From: Alphaproteobacteria bacterium
Lineage (GTDB): Bacteria; Pseudomonadota; Alphaproteobacteria; MPNO01; UBA830
Direction: 5' to 3'
Length of the DNA: 64,000 bases
Assembly: GCA_965243135.1 (NCBI GenBank)
Contig: OZ251539.1
Span: forward strand, 1,888,001 to 1,952,000
The notes below the pieces were generated by a model that saw only the letters and a list, made by a program, of their open reading frames with translations, did no database searches and had not been told where the DNA came from. A program made the translations under genes and the position numbers. How positions within the stretch are numbered: position 1 is the first letter of the stretch; each line of letters opens with the position of its first letter. This document shows, one piece after another, positions 20,119-31,181 of the stretch.

Positions 20119-21654
20119 TCAGGCGGGCTCGCAATCGAAGCCGACGACGTTGCGCTCCTCGCGGCTGAACTCCACCCCGATCAGGTGGACCGAACGTCCG
20201 AGACGACGGTACTTGTCCGCATAGCCCTTCTCCCGCAACTGCGCGAGCGCGGTCCCCTCCCGCCCGCGCTCCACCACCTTGAACTCGAACAGGTAGACGC
20301 CGCCGCCGGCGCGGATCGCCATGTCGGCGCGCCCCCGGCTGCCGCTGTCCTCGGCCACCGGCTCGAAGCCCTCCATCAGGAAGCAGCTGTGGATGACGCT
20401 CGCGTAGTGGGCCTCGTACTTCGCGACCGGGCTGTTCATGTACCACTGGTGCGGGATGGCGGCGAAGACGCCGCGGAACAGGGTCCCGATGCGTTCGAAG
20501 TCGTTCGCCTCCAGCAGTTCGCCCAGCCGCAGGCGCCCCGTCTTCTTGCGGGCCTCGACCGGGAGCAGTTCTTCCAGCAAGGCCTCGCCCAGGCTCTGGC
20601 GCACCTCGAGGTTCGGGTAGTCCAGCCTGTAGCGCCCGTCCTCCTCGCCGACGATGGTGAGGTAGCCGGTCTGGAACAGAAGCGCCTCGACCGAGATATT
20701 GTCCACGTCGAAGGTCGAGAGCAGGCTCTCGCTGCCGATCATGCCGTCCAGGTCGGGAGTGGGCAGGTCGCGGCGCGCCAGCGTCTCGACCAGGAAGGTC
20801 GGCGTGCCGCTATGGAACCAGTAGTTGCCGAACTTGCGTTTGTCGAACAGCAGCAGGAGGCCGAACGGGTTGTAGACCCTCTCCGGTCCGAGCCAGTTGT
20901 AGCCGTTGTACCAGCGGCGGACCTCGTCCCGGTCCAGGCCCTCGAGTTCCGTGGCGAAGACCGCGTCCAGTTCCGCGTCCGTGCAACCGCAGATGGCGCC
21001 GTAGCGCTCGTCCAGCGTGATGTCGTTCAGGTTGTTCAGGCCCGAGAACAGGCCCGCCTTCGAGAATTTGCTCACTCCCGTCAGGAAAACGAAACGGAGA
21101 TGCTCGTCGCAGTCCTTGATAACCCCGTACAGGCTGCGCAGGAAGTCCCGGTTGGCCCGCGCCAGCTCCCGGTCGCCGAGCGCGTCCAGGATCGGCTTGT
21201 CGTATTCGTCCACCAGAACCACCGCCCGCTGCCCGGTGCGTTCGTGCAGGTCCGCGATCAGTTCCCGGAAGCGGACCGAAACTCTGGCGCCGCCCGGCTC
21301 GATGCCGGCCCGCCTCTCCGCCGCCTTCAGTTGCGATTCCGTTTCTTCCCGAACTCCGTCCGGGTCGCCGAAATCGCCCCCGCCGAAGCTGATCCGCACG
21401 ACCGGATGGCGTATCGACCAGTCCCACTTGCCGTGCACGGCGAGGCCCCGGAACAGCTCCTCGCTTCCCTCGAACAGCCTCTGCAGCGTGTCCACCAGCA
21501 GGGTCTTGCCGAACCGGCGCGGACGCGACAGGAAATAGTAATCGCCCTCTTCGACGAGGCGGCGCACATGGTCCGTCTTGTCGACGTAGTAGCAGTTCCT
21601 CGTCCGGATTTTCCGGAGGGAGGTCATGCCGATCGGAAGCATGCGTTTCGCCAT
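20119..21654 (-). CDS. AAA-ATPase-like + PD-(D/E)XK nuclease protein (copy 3, intact, 511 aa)
   Basis: Same motifs; start MAKRMLPIGMTSLRKIRTRNC. Confidence 0.93.
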   Translation of the reverse strand: MAKRMLPIGMTSLRKIRTRNCYYVDKTDHVRRLVEEGDYYFLSRPRRFGKTLLVDTLQRLFEGSEELFRGLAVHGKWDWSIRHPVVRISFGGGDFGDPDGVREETESQLKAAERRAGIEPGGARVSVRFRELIADLHERTGQRAVVLVDEYDKPILDALGDRELARANRDFLRSLYGVIKDCDEHLRFVFLTGVSKFSKAGLFSGLNNLNDITLDERYGAICGCTDAELDAVFATELEGLDRDEVRRWYNGYNWLGPERVYNPFGLLLLFDKRKFGNYWFHSGTPTFLVETLARRDLPTPDLDGMIGSESLLSTFDVDNISVEALLFQTGYLTIVGEEDGRYRLDYPNLEVRQSLGEALLEELLPVEARKKTGRLRLGELLEANDFERIGTLFRGVFAAIPHQWYMNSPVAKYEAHYASVIHSCFLMEGFEPVAEDSGSRGRADMAIRAGGGVYLFEFKVVERGREGTALAQLREKGYADKYRRLGRSVHLIGVEFSREERNVVGFDCEPA

Positions 21655-21689
21655 CGGAAGAGAGTAGGCCGCCGCGCCGGAGCCGTCAA
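21655..21689 (-). promoter_or_regulatory. Conserved sigma70-type promoter directly upstream of the ATPase-nuclease start codon (representative copy)
   Basis: Minus strand TTGACG-N17-TACTCT-N6-ATG; the same arrangement precedes every copy with a visible 5' end. Confidence 0.7.
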
Positions 21690-21739
21690 GAAATCGGCGG
21701 CGGCAGGCGCGTCCCCTGGCGCGGCAAGCAGCCGGCAGT

Positions 21740-22250
21740 TTCCGCTGCGGCGGCGGGCGTCGGCGGGTTTTCCGGCGGCGGCCTGAAACGGAGGACGACC
21801 AACAGGGAGAGCGCCGCCGCGCCCAGACAAGAAGTCCGCCAGCCGGCGACGCCCGGAAGCGACACGACCGGAAGCTGTCGCCGCGCCCGAAACGGCGAGG
21901 TCGACCGCCAGTCCGCGCCTGCGAACGAAGTAGCGGGAAACCGCGGCCGTGACCAGCGGCAGCGAGACGGCCGCCCGCCCGCCCACAAGTCCGAACGGAA
22001 GGTAGGCGGTTCCGCGGCGAAGGCGGTGCCGCCGGCAGCGAGGGCGCCCGCGGCGAACGGCGCCCCGCAGCGGTCCCTGCCCGCCACCGGAGACCCGACG
22101 GCCACCCAAGGAGGCGGCGGCCTGCGCTCCCGTCCACCCGAGTTCCGACTGCCAAGACGGGAGAACCATGCTCACGGACGACCGCGCGCCGAAAGTGAAG
22201 GCCAGCGCGGCGAAGCAGACGACGGCCGGCGCGCGTCTCGTCGGTCACCG
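21740..22250 (-). pseudogene. MFS transporter remnant
   Basis: SMVLPSWQSELGWTGAQ...AAVSLPLVTAAVSRYF, a deleted version of 31182-32303. Confidence 0.8.
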
Positions 22251-22439
22251 GAGTCGCGCTCCTGCGCCGCGTCGCCCGGCGAAACGCCGGAAATCCGCCC
22301 CGGCGCCGGCCGCGAAACGGCGCGCCGCCGAAAAGGGACGGCCGCAACTCCGGAAGAGCCGCGTCACCGCGCAGCATGGCGACCAGCACTTTGTTGGTTG
22401 CCTCAACCACGCCTGACGGCGTAGCCTCCGACCTTCAGG

Positions 22440-22670
22440 ATCGCGTAGCGCATGCGACGCCGGTCCTTCCGTTCACGCGGCCTCCCCATTTCCGGCAGAC
22501 GTAAAGCGGCCAGATGAAAATCGTCGGTGAGACGCGAAGGTGAACGGCGAAAGGCAGATCTCGTCGATGTCGAGTTCCTCCCGAAGCTCCCGGGCCCGGC
22601 GTCCCTCCGCCGCCGGCCGCCGGGGAATTCCCCCGCTCCGCCCTCCGGCCGCCGCGACGGCGAAAACGAC
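22440..22670 (-). pseudogene. mutT: mutT (8-oxo-dGTP diphosphatase) remnant
   Basis: Frameshifted pieces ELREELDIDEICLSPFTFASH and PLYVCRKWGG typical of alphaproteobacterial MutT. Confidence 0.7.
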
Positions 22671-22790
22671 CGGCTCTCCAGCCCTGCGGCGCGGAACCCG
22701 GAGACGCGCCCGGCCCGCGAAGCCTGCAGGGAGACGCCGCCGGCCCCGAAGCGGCGTTCTTTCGCGGAGGCGGCCGTGACGGGAAGCCGT

Positions 22791-24297
22791 TCAGGCGGGC
22801 TCGCAGCCGACGACGTTGCGCTCCTCGCGGCTGAACTCCACCAGGTGGACCGAACGTCCGAGACGGCGGTACTTGTCCGCGTAGCCCTTCTCCCGCAGTT
22901 GCGCGAGCGCGCCCCCCTCCCGTCCGCGCTCCACCACCTTGAACTCGAACAGGTAGACGCGCCCGCCGACGCGGATCGCCATGTCGGCGCGCCCCCGGCT
23001 GCCGCTGTCCTCGGCCACCGGCTCGAAGCCCTCCATCAGGAAGCAGCTGTGGATGACGCTCGCGTAGTGGGCCTCGTACACCGGGCTGTTCATGTACCAC
23101 TGGTGCGGGGCGAAGACGCCGCGGAACAGGGTTCCGATGCGTTCGAAGTCGTTCGCCTCCAGCAGTTCGCCCAGCCGCAGGCGCCCCGTTTTCTTGCGCG
23201 CCTCGACCGGGAGCAGTTCTCCCAGCAAGGCCTCGCCCAGGCTCTGGCGCACCTCGAGGTTCGGGTAGTCCAGCCGGTAGTGCCTGTCCTCCTCGCCGGC
23301 GATGGTGAGGTAGCCGGTCTGGAACAGAAGCGCCTCGACCGAGATATTGTCCACGTCGAAGGTCGAGAGCAGGCTCTCGCTGCCGATCATGCCGTCCAGG
23401 TCGGGAGTGGGCAGGTCGCGGCGCGCCAGCGTCTCGACCAGGAAGGTCGGCGTGCCGCTATGGAACCAGTAGTTGCCGAACTTGCGTTTGTCGAACAGCA
23501 GCAGGAGGCCGAACGGGTTGTAGACCCTCTCCGGTCCGAGCCAGTTGTAGCCGTTGTACCAGCGCCGGATTTCGTCCCGGTCCAGGCCCTCGAGTTCCGG
23601 GGCGAAGACCGCGTCCAGTTCCGCGTCCGTGCAGCCGCAGATGGCGCCGTAGCGCTCGTCCAGCGTGATGTCGTTCAGGTTGTTCAGGCCCGAGAACAGG
23701 CCCGCCTTCGAGAATTTGCTCACTCCCGTCAGGAAAACGAAACGGAGATGCTCGTCGCAGTCCTTGATAACCCCGTACAGGCTGCGCAGGAAGTCGCGGT
23801 TGGCCCGCGCCAGCTCCCGGTCGCCGAGCGCGTCCAGGATCGGCTTGTCGTATTCGTCCACCAGAACCACCGCCCGCTGCCCGGTGCGTTCGTGCAGGTC
23901 CGCGATCAGTTCCCGGAAGCGGACCGAAACTCTGGCGCCGCCCGGCGCCGGCCCGCCTCTCCGCCGCCCTCAGTTGCGATTCCGTTTCTTCCCGAACTCC
24001 GTCCGGGTCGCCGAAATCGCCCCCGCCGAAGCTGATCCGCACGACCGGATGGCGTATCGACCAGTCCCACCTGCCGTGCACGGCGAGGCCCCGGAACAAC
24101 TCCTCGCTTCCCTCGAACAGCTTCTGCAGCGTGTCCACCAGGAGGGTCTTGCCGAACCGGCGCGGACGCGACAGGAAATAGTACTTGCCCCTCTCGACGA
24201 GGCGGCGCACATGGTCCGTCTTGTCGACGTAGTAGCAGTTCATCCCCCGGATCTCCCGGAGGGAGGAAAAGCCGATCGGAAGCATGCGTTGCGTCAT
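22791..24297 (-). pseudogene. ATPase-nuclease copy 4, frameshifted
   Basis: 5-nt deletion (tcgat) near 23945 splits the frame; also several 6-nt deletions near the 3' end. Confidence 0.88.
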
Positions 24298-25021
24298 TCG
24301 AAGAGGGTAGGCCGCCGCGCCGGAGCCGTCAAGAAGTCGGCGGCGGCAGGCCTGTCCGCGTCCCCTGGCGCGGCAAGCAGCCGGCAGTTTCCGCTGCGGC
24401 ACGGCGGGGAAAAACGCGGGGACGAGCGAACCTGTCGCTCCGCGGAAATCCTGCCCCGCTGAGACGAGCGCGTTCGACGCGCGGCCTGGAGGCAGCGGGC
24501 GGAAGCGAACGCCGACGGCTGGCGCCGCCAGCAAAGGCGACGCGCGTCGACAACGATCTCGGCACCGGATTCGCGAACCTCGACGGCAAGGTCGACGCCC
24601 TCGCCGCGGAAACCAGGGCCGACGCAACGCGACGGCAAGCGCCCTCGCCAGGGAAAGCCGCGCGCCTCGAAACCACGACGATTGCCGCGGCAGGCCTCGC
24701 CGCCATACTTGCAGTTGGTCCGCCGCACCCGCGCGCGCGACGACATGCGAGTCCCGGCGGCTACATGCACAGGCATGGCAGCGCCGCACCCGCGCGCGCG
24801 ACGACATGCGCCGCAAGCGGCGAAACGCCTGAACGTCAGGCAACGGTTCCGTCGAACGAGAGCGTCGTCCGGTCGAGCGAGCGGACTTCCGCCGCCGAAA
24901 ACCATGGGCTCGTTCGAAACCGTCAACCGAAGCGGCTCGCGAAACCGGAAACGGTGACGGCAGGCGTTGGCCTCCGTTTTTGAACTCCTGACCTCTCCGC
25001 AACATCAAAACGGTCGGTCAG

Positions 25022-25193
25022 CAGCAATTCCCGCTAAGGCGGCCGCATGTCCGGAAGGTGCGCCGAGAAGGCGAAATCACCAAGGGACAAGCCGCCGCGA
25101 CAAATCCCTCAGGCAAATCGCACTACCCGGAAAAATCTACGAAAAATTTTTCTGAAACCCCATATTTTCCAAGGGCCATAGCGGGAATTGCCG
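25022..25193. mobile_element. 172-bp MITE with 15-bp terminal inverted repeats and 9-bp target duplication
   Basis: CAGCAATTCCCGCTA...TAGCGGGAATTGCCG flanked by GTCGGTCAG at 25013-25021 and 25194-25202. Confidence 0.85.
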
Positions 25194-25560
25194 GTCGGTC
25201 AGCCACCATGCGCGTTGCGCTTCAAACTTGAAGGGGCGCTCCTCGACGTCGAGTTCCTCCCTGAGCTCCCGGGCCCGGCGTCTCTCCACCGCCGGCCATC
25301 GGGGAATTCCTTGCCCTGCGGCCGCAGCCACGACGAGAACGACCGGCTCTCCAGCCCTGCGGCGCGGAACCCGGAGACGCGCCCGACCCGCGAAGCCTGC
25401 CGGCGCGCGAGCGCCTGCAGGGAGACGCCGCCGGCCCCGAGGCGGCCTCCTCGGCCGGGCGGCCCGTCAAGCCGTGCGACGAACCGGCGGAACCGGCTGC
25501 CGCCGCGGGCCGAACCCGCGTCGGCGTTCTTTCGCGGAGGCGGTCGTGACGGGAAGCCGT

Positions 25561-26059
25561 TCAGGCGGGCTCGCAGCCGACGACGTTGCGCTCCTCGCGG
25601 CTGAACTCCACCAGGTGGACCGAACGTCCGAGACGGCGGTACTTGTCCGCGTAGCCCTTCTCCCGCAGTTGCGCGAGCGCGCCCCCCTTCCGTCCGCGCT
25701 CCACCACCTTGAACTCGAACAGGTAGACGCGCCCGCCGGCGCGGACCGCCATGTCGGCGCGCCCCCGGCTGCCGCTGTCCTCGGCCACCGGCTCAAGGCC
25801 CTCCAAGCAGCTGGACGCTCGCGTAGTGGGCCTCGTACACCGGGCTGTTCATGTACCACTGGTGCGCGGCGAAGACGCCGCGGAAACAGGGTGCGTTCGA
25901 AGTCGTTCGCCGCCAGCAGTTCGCCCAGCCGCAGGCACCCCGTCTTCTTGCGAGCCTCGACCGGGAGCAGTTCTTCCAGCAAGGCCTCGCCCAGGCTCCG
26001 GCGCACCTCGAGGTTCGGGTAGTCCAGCCTGTAGCGTCCGTCCTCCTCGCCGGGGATGG
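25561..26059 (-). pseudogene. ATPase-nuclease copy 5, decayed 3' fragment downstream of a group II intron
   Basis: EEDGRYRLDYPNLEV...GRADMAVRAGGRVYLFEFK with multiple frameshifting deletions. Confidence 0.85.
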
Positions 26060-26734
26060 GTAGAGTCGAGGACTGGCGCGTTAGCTTTAGGGTCCGGGTT
26101 CCGTCGCTTTCGCTCCGGGCCTCAGTCCGGCTCCCGTGGCCATGTTTCCAGTCCCCGCTCTCCGAACCGGACGTGCGGATTTCCCGCGCCTCCAGCCCTC
26201 GCCCACGGATGAATTGGTAGCGTTCCCAGAACGGCCGGTCTTCCGGACCCGGGAGTTGCACCGTCTCCCATTTCCGTCTGTTTTCCGCTGTCCAACCCGT
26301 CGCCGAGCCTGTTTACGCCTCGGCAACCCCAGCCTCTCGACCGGGTTCCTTCGCTTGTAACGCTTCCGGGATCTCTGACATGTAGTCGGTTGTTAGGCAT
26401 AGCCCCTTCTCCCTTGCGGCCCCTTTCCTCCGCCGGCGTTACCCGGCTTCTCCGGTACTACGGGCCTCTCCGCCACCCGCCGGCCTGCCCCTCGCGAGGT
26501 TCCGGTTGACTCGTGCGCGTCACCGACAGGGTTTCCCGTGTTGCTGCTTCCTTCATTTTCCATGCGTGCCGACCCCCGGCGGAAACGGTCGGTGCTCTTG
26601 TCGTTCTCTTCCCGACCGTCGGCGGCTTTCCCCTAACCTCAGGAGGGTCAGCTCCCGCATTGACCGTTTCGAGGCCTGGTTCACTGCTCGTTTCGGCCCG
26701 CATGTTCGCTGAGCGGCTTTCGCCGCCCTTTCCC
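26060..26734 (-). mobile_element. ORF-less group II intron, 5'-truncated
   Basis: 3' end CTCGACTCTAC, domain V-like GGGAAATCCGCACGTCCGGTTCGGAGAGCGGGG; homologous to 46092-46958; 5' side fused to an argJ fragment. Confidence 0.8.
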
Positions 26735-27520
26735 GCGGAATTGCCGCAAGCGCGGATCCGAGGCGTCGACGACCGGGTCGTGCCCGGCCGCGCCGGTCGC
26801 GAACAGCAGAACCGCGTCGCTGGTCGAGGTGTCTCCGTCGACGGTGATCGAATTGAAGGACTTGTCGGCGCTCCGGGACAGAAGCCGCCGGAGCGCGGCG
26901 GCGCCGACCGCCGCGTCCGTGAAGACGAAGGCCAGCATCGTCGCCATGTCGGGCGCGATCATGCCGGATCCCTTGGCGATGCCGCAGACGACGACTTCGG
27001 CGTCTCCGACGCGCGTCTTTCTCCACGACCCCTTCGGAAAGGTGTCGGTGGTCATGATGGCCTCCGCGGCCTCTTTCCAGCCATGCGGGGCCAGGGAGTT
27101 CCGCAGGCTTTCCAGCGAGTTCCGGATGCGCTCGTCGGGAAGGGTCTCGCCGATCACGCCGGTCGAGGCGACGAACACGTGGGATCCGGAGCACGACAGC
27201 ACGTCCGCCGCTTTCTCGACGGTGCGTTCGACCGACTTGCGGCCCTCGAGTCCGGTGAAGGCGTTGGCGTTTTCGGCGTTCACGATCAGCGCCCGGGCCT
27301 CGCCGGCTTCGAGCGCCTGCCGGCACCAGTCGACCGGCGCGGCCGCCGTCCGGGATTTGGTCAACACGCCGGCCGCCCTGGTTCCGGGCGCGAGCGACGC
27401 GAGAAACACGTCCAGCCGTCCGGCGTAACGCAAGCCGCAACAGGCGGCCGCGAGCGAAACGCCCGGGACGGGAGGCATGTCCGGAAAGCCGCCGGGGGCG
27501 AGCGGCGAGATCTTCTTCAT
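26735..27520 (-). pseudogene. argJ: ArgJ (glutamate N-acetyltransferase), 3'-truncated
   Basis: SPLAP...AAPVDWCR...NANAFTG...ASTGVIGE...AIMTTDTFPK...GIAKGSGMIAPDMATML...SFNSITVDGDTSTSD. Confidence 0.9.
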
Positions 27521-27683
27521 GCGCCTGTCGATTCTCTCGAGCGGCCCGTAACGGCCGTATCGTTTATGCGCACCGAAACGAGGCTACTGCAACCTCCGCA
27601 AAAACAAGTCATTCCGTCCGGGCCGTCGCGGCGGGCCGGCTTCGCGGGGGCTACCGCAACCTCCGCAAAAACAAGTCATTCAG

Positions 27684-27855
27684 CAGCAATTCCCGCCAAG
27701 GCGGCCGCATGTCCGGAAGGCGCGCCGAGAAGGCGAAATCACCAAGGGACAAGCCGCCGCGACAAATCCCTCAGGCAAATCGCACCACCCGGAAAAATCT
27801 ACGAAAAATTTTTCTGAAATCCCATATTTTCCAAGGGCCATAGTGGGAATTGCCG
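27684..27855. mobile_element. 172-bp MITE copy
   Basis: Near-identical to 25022-25193; left flank GTCATTCAG instead of GTCGGTCAG. Confidence 0.8.
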
Positions 27856-28211
27856 GTCGGTCAGCCACCATGCGCGTTGCGCTTCAAACTTGAAGGGGCG
27901 CTCCTCGGCGTCGAGTTCCTCCCTGAGCTCCCGGGCCCGGCGTCTCTCCGCCGCCGGCCGTCGGGGAATTCCTTGCCCTGCGGCCGCCGCGACGACGAGA
28001 ACGACCGGCTCTCCAGCCCTGCGGCGCGGAACCCGGAGACGCGCCCGACCCGCGAAGCCTGCCGGCGCGCGAGCGCCTGCAGGGAACCGTCGTCGGCCGC
28101 GGCGGCCTCCTCGGCCGGGCGGCCCGTCAAGCCGCGCGACGAACCGGCTCCCGCCGCAGGCCGAACCGCGGGCGGCGTTCTTTCGCGGAGGCGGCCGTGA
28201 CGGGAAACCGT

Positions 28212-29750
28212 TCAGGCGGGCTCGCAATCGAACCCGACGACGTTGCGCTCCTCGCGGCTGAACTCCACCCCGATCAGGTGGACCGAACGCCCGAGACGGC
28301 GGTACTTGTCCGCATAGCCCTTCTCCCGCAACTGCGCGAGCGCGATCCCCTCCCGCCCGCGCTCCACCACCTTGAACTCGAACAGGTAGACGCGCCCGCC
28401 GGCGCGGACCGCCATGTCGGCGCGCCCCCGGCTGCCGCTGTCCTCGGCCACCGGCTCGAGGCCCTCCATCAGGAAGCAGCTGTGGATGACGCTCGCGTAG
28501 TGGGCCTCGTACTTCGCGACGGGGTTGTTCATGTACCACTGGTGCGGGATGGCGGCGAAGACGCCGCGGAACAGGGTCTCGACGCGCTTGAAGTCGTTCG
28601 CCGCCAGCAATTCGCCCAGCCGCAGGTTCTCCGTCTCCTCGCGGGCCTCGTCCGGGAGCAGTTCTTCCAGCAAGGCCTCGCCCAGGCTCTGGCGCACCTC
28701 GAGGTTCGGGTAGCCCAGCCGGTAGCGCCCGCCCTCTTCGCCGACGATGGTGAGGTAGCCGGTCTGGAACAGAAGCGCCTCGACCGAGATCCTGTCCACG
28801 TCGAAGGTCGAGAGCAGGCTCTCGCTGCCGATCATGCCGTCCAGGCGGGGAGTGGGCAGGTTGCGGCGCGCCAGCGTCTCGACCAGAAAGGTCGGCGTGC
28901 CGCTCTCGAACCAGTACGGGCGGAACTCGCGCCGTTGAAACAGCAGCAGGAGGCCGAACGGGTTGTAGACCCTCTCCGGCCCGCGCCAGTTGTAGCCATT
29001 GTACCAGCGGCGGATCTCGTCCCGGTCCAGGCCCTCGAGTTCCGGGGCGAAGACCGCGTCCAGCTCCGCATCCGTGCAGCCGCAAATATCCGAGAACTCC
29101 GGCGCCAGCGTGATGTCGTTCAGGTTGTTCAGGCCCGAGAACAGGCCCGCCTTCGAGAATTTGCTCACTCCCGTCAGGAAAACGAAACGGAGATGCCTGT
29201 CGCACTCCTTGATAACCCCGTACAGGCTGCGCAGGAAGTCCCGGTTGGCCCGCGCCAGCTCCCGGTCGCCGAGCGCGTCCAGAATCGGCTTGTCGTATTC
29301 GTCCACCAGAACCACCGCCCGCTGCCCGGTGCGTTCGTGCAGGTCCGCGATCAGTTCCCGGAAGCGGACCGAAACTCTGGCGCCGCCCGGCTCGATGCCG
29401 GCCCGCCTCTCCGCCGCCTTCAGTTGCGATTCCGTTTCTTCCCGAACTCCGTCCGGGTCGCCGAAATCGCCCCCGCCGAAGCCGATCCGCACGACCGGAT
29501 GGCGCGTCGACCAGTCCCACCTGCCGTGCACGGCGAGGCCCCGGAACAGCTCCTCGCTTCCTTCGAACAGCTCCTGCAGCGTGTCCACCAGCAGGGTCTT
29601 GCCGAACCGGCGCGGACGCGACAGGAAATAATATTGACCGCCCTCGACAAGGCGGCGGACATGGTCCGTCTTGTCGACGTAGTAGCAGTCCATCTCTCCC
29701 CGGATTTTCCGGAGGGAGGTCAAGCCGATCGGAAGCATGCGTTTCGCCAT
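28212..29750 (-). CDS. AAA-ATPase-like + PD-(D/E)XK nuclease protein (copy 6, intact, 512 aa)
   Basis: Start MAKRMLPIGLTSLRKIRGEMDC; all motifs present. Confidence 0.93.
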   Translation of the reverse strand: MAKRMLPIGLTSLRKIRGEMDCYYVDKTDHVRRLVEGGQYYFLSRPRRFGKTLLVDTLQELFEGSEELFRGLAVHGRWDWSTRHPVVRIGFGGGDFGDPDGVREETESQLKAAERRAGIEPGGARVSVRFRELIADLHERTGQRAVVLVDEYDKPILDALGDRELARANRDFLRSLYGVIKECDRHLRFVFLTGVSKFSKAGLFSGLNNLNDITLAPEFSDICGCTDAELDAVFAPELEGLDRDEIRRWYNGYNWRGPERVYNPFGLLLLFQRREFRPYWFESGTPTFLVETLARRNLPTPRLDGMIGSESLLSTFDVDRISVEALLFQTGYLTIVGEEGGRYRLGYPNLEVRQSLGEALLEELLPDEAREETENLRLGELLAANDFKRVETLFRGVFAAIPHQWYMNNPVAKYEAHYASVIHSCFLMEGLEPVAEDSGSRGRADMAVRAGGRVYLFEFKVVERGREGIALAQLREKGYADKYRRLGRSVHLIGVEFSREERNVVGFDCEPA

Positions 29751-29804
29751 CGGAAGAGAGTAGGCCGCCGCGCCGGAGCCGTCAAGAAGTCGGCGGCGGG
29801 GGCG

Positions 29805-29851
29805 AGCAGGCCATGAGCGTTTGGTACCGGACATATCGTCTGTTACTGACA
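29805..29851. mobile_element. IS-terminus-like sequence upstream of the copy 6 promoter (also ending at 42353 and 54598)
   Basis: GCAGGCCATGAGCGTTTGGTACCGGACATATCGTCTGTTACTGACA identical in three places; identity ends exactly at ...TGACA. Confidence 0.6.
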
Positions 29852-30921
29852 AACGCACCTTCCGGCGCTGGCGCGACGAGGCGGAGGGCGCGGAAGGGTT
29901 GTACGACCGCCGCCTGGGCCGGGTCTCGGCGCGCCGGGCCGACGTGGACGAGGCGGCGCAGGTTCCGGAGTTGTTCGACACCCGGTACCGGGACTTCAAC
30001 GCCAGGCACTTTCACGAGAAGCTGGTCGCCTGCCATGGCGTCCAGCGCAGCTACGTCCGGCTGACCTTGCAGGCCCATGGCCGCGTGCGAGCCGCTCCGC
30101 GGCGCCCACCGGCGCAAGCGCCCGCGGCGGGCGCCGCACCAGGACGGCTCGCGCCACGAGTGGGTGTCGGGTCGGCAGTGGGCGTCACCATGGACGACGC
30201 CACCAGCGAGGTCTACTCGGCCTTCTTCGTCGCCGAGGAAGGCACTTTTTCCAAGCGCTTCGCGAGGCGGCCGGCGAGCGCGGGCTGTTCCGCTCGCTCT
30301 ACCGCGGCAGCCACTACTTTCACACGCCCGAGGCCGGCGGCAAGGTGGACAAGGACAACCCGACCCAGGTCGGGCGCGCCCTTCGCCGACTCGGCGCACG
30401 TCGCCGCCTGCTCGCCCGAGGCCCGCGGGCGCTCGGAGGTTCGGCACCCTGCAGAAGCGCCTGCCCCAGGAACTCAGGCTCGCCTCCGACATGGCCGAGG
30501 CCAACCGCTTCCTCAAGGAGGTCTACCTGCCGGACCGCAACCGGCGCTTCGCCACCCCGCCCGAGGGGGTCGGCCTTCGTGCCCTTCGCCGGCACCCTGG
30601 ACGACCTGCGTCCACGAGGACCGTCTCGAACGACACGCGGTACAATGGACGCACCCTGCAGGCCGACCGTCACCACTACGTCAAGGCCAGGGTCCACGAG
30701 TACCCCGACCACGCCCTTGCCGTCTTCCACGGCCCCGGACGCCTCGCTCTCTACCGGGCCGACGGGTCTCCGACCGCAACCCGGCAGGCCGCGTGACCCG
30801 CTTCGACGCGCCGGAAGCCCGAAGTGGACAGCCGCTTCGCGCCTGACCACTTCCCCACAGGCCCAACCACCACAACGGAAGCGGTCAATTTGGTACATAC
30901 CAGTTCAAAATGTTCTTGACA
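29852..30921 (+). mobile_element. Decayed ISNCY/IS481-like (IS1202-group-like) transposase remnant with right end
   Basis: RTFRRWRD..EGAEGLYDRRLGR, RYRDFNARHFHEKL, HQDGSRHEW, TMDDATSEVYSAFFV, TLQKRLPQELRLA..EANRFL, HYVKARVHEYPD; ends ...TGTTCTTGACA. Confidence 0.8.
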
Positions 30922-31181
30922 CTCGCTCCACCGGGGGCACACGGCGGATCTTTTCTCCGAGTAAAAGCTCGTTTGGCGCGGCAAGCAGCCGGCAGTTTCC
31001 GCAGCGGTACGGGCGGCAGGCGGGGAAAGCGCGGTGACGAGCGAACCTGTCGCTCCGCGGAAATCCTGCCCCGCTGCAGGGGGCGAGCACGTTCGACACG
31101 TTCAACGCGCAGCCTGGAGGCCACGGCGGGCGCGAGCGCCGCCGCCGAGCGGCGCAAGGCTGGCGGCCGCGCGGCGGCGAC

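Larger units (their letters stand above)
22125..26730. repeat. ~4.6-kb direct repeat, copy A (copy B at ~32253-36865, offset 10128)
   Basis: ORF-track entries recur at +10128 (22791/32919, 23458/33586, 25561/35689) with near-identical sequence. Confidence 0.9.

Noticed and set aside
24420-25010. ORFs in the spacer upstream of copies 4 and 7
   Set aside because: Arg/Ala-rich in all frames with no recognisable family.
27582-27681. CRISPR array
   Set aside because: Only two repeats, essentially the same spacer in the second locus, and no cas genes in the window.
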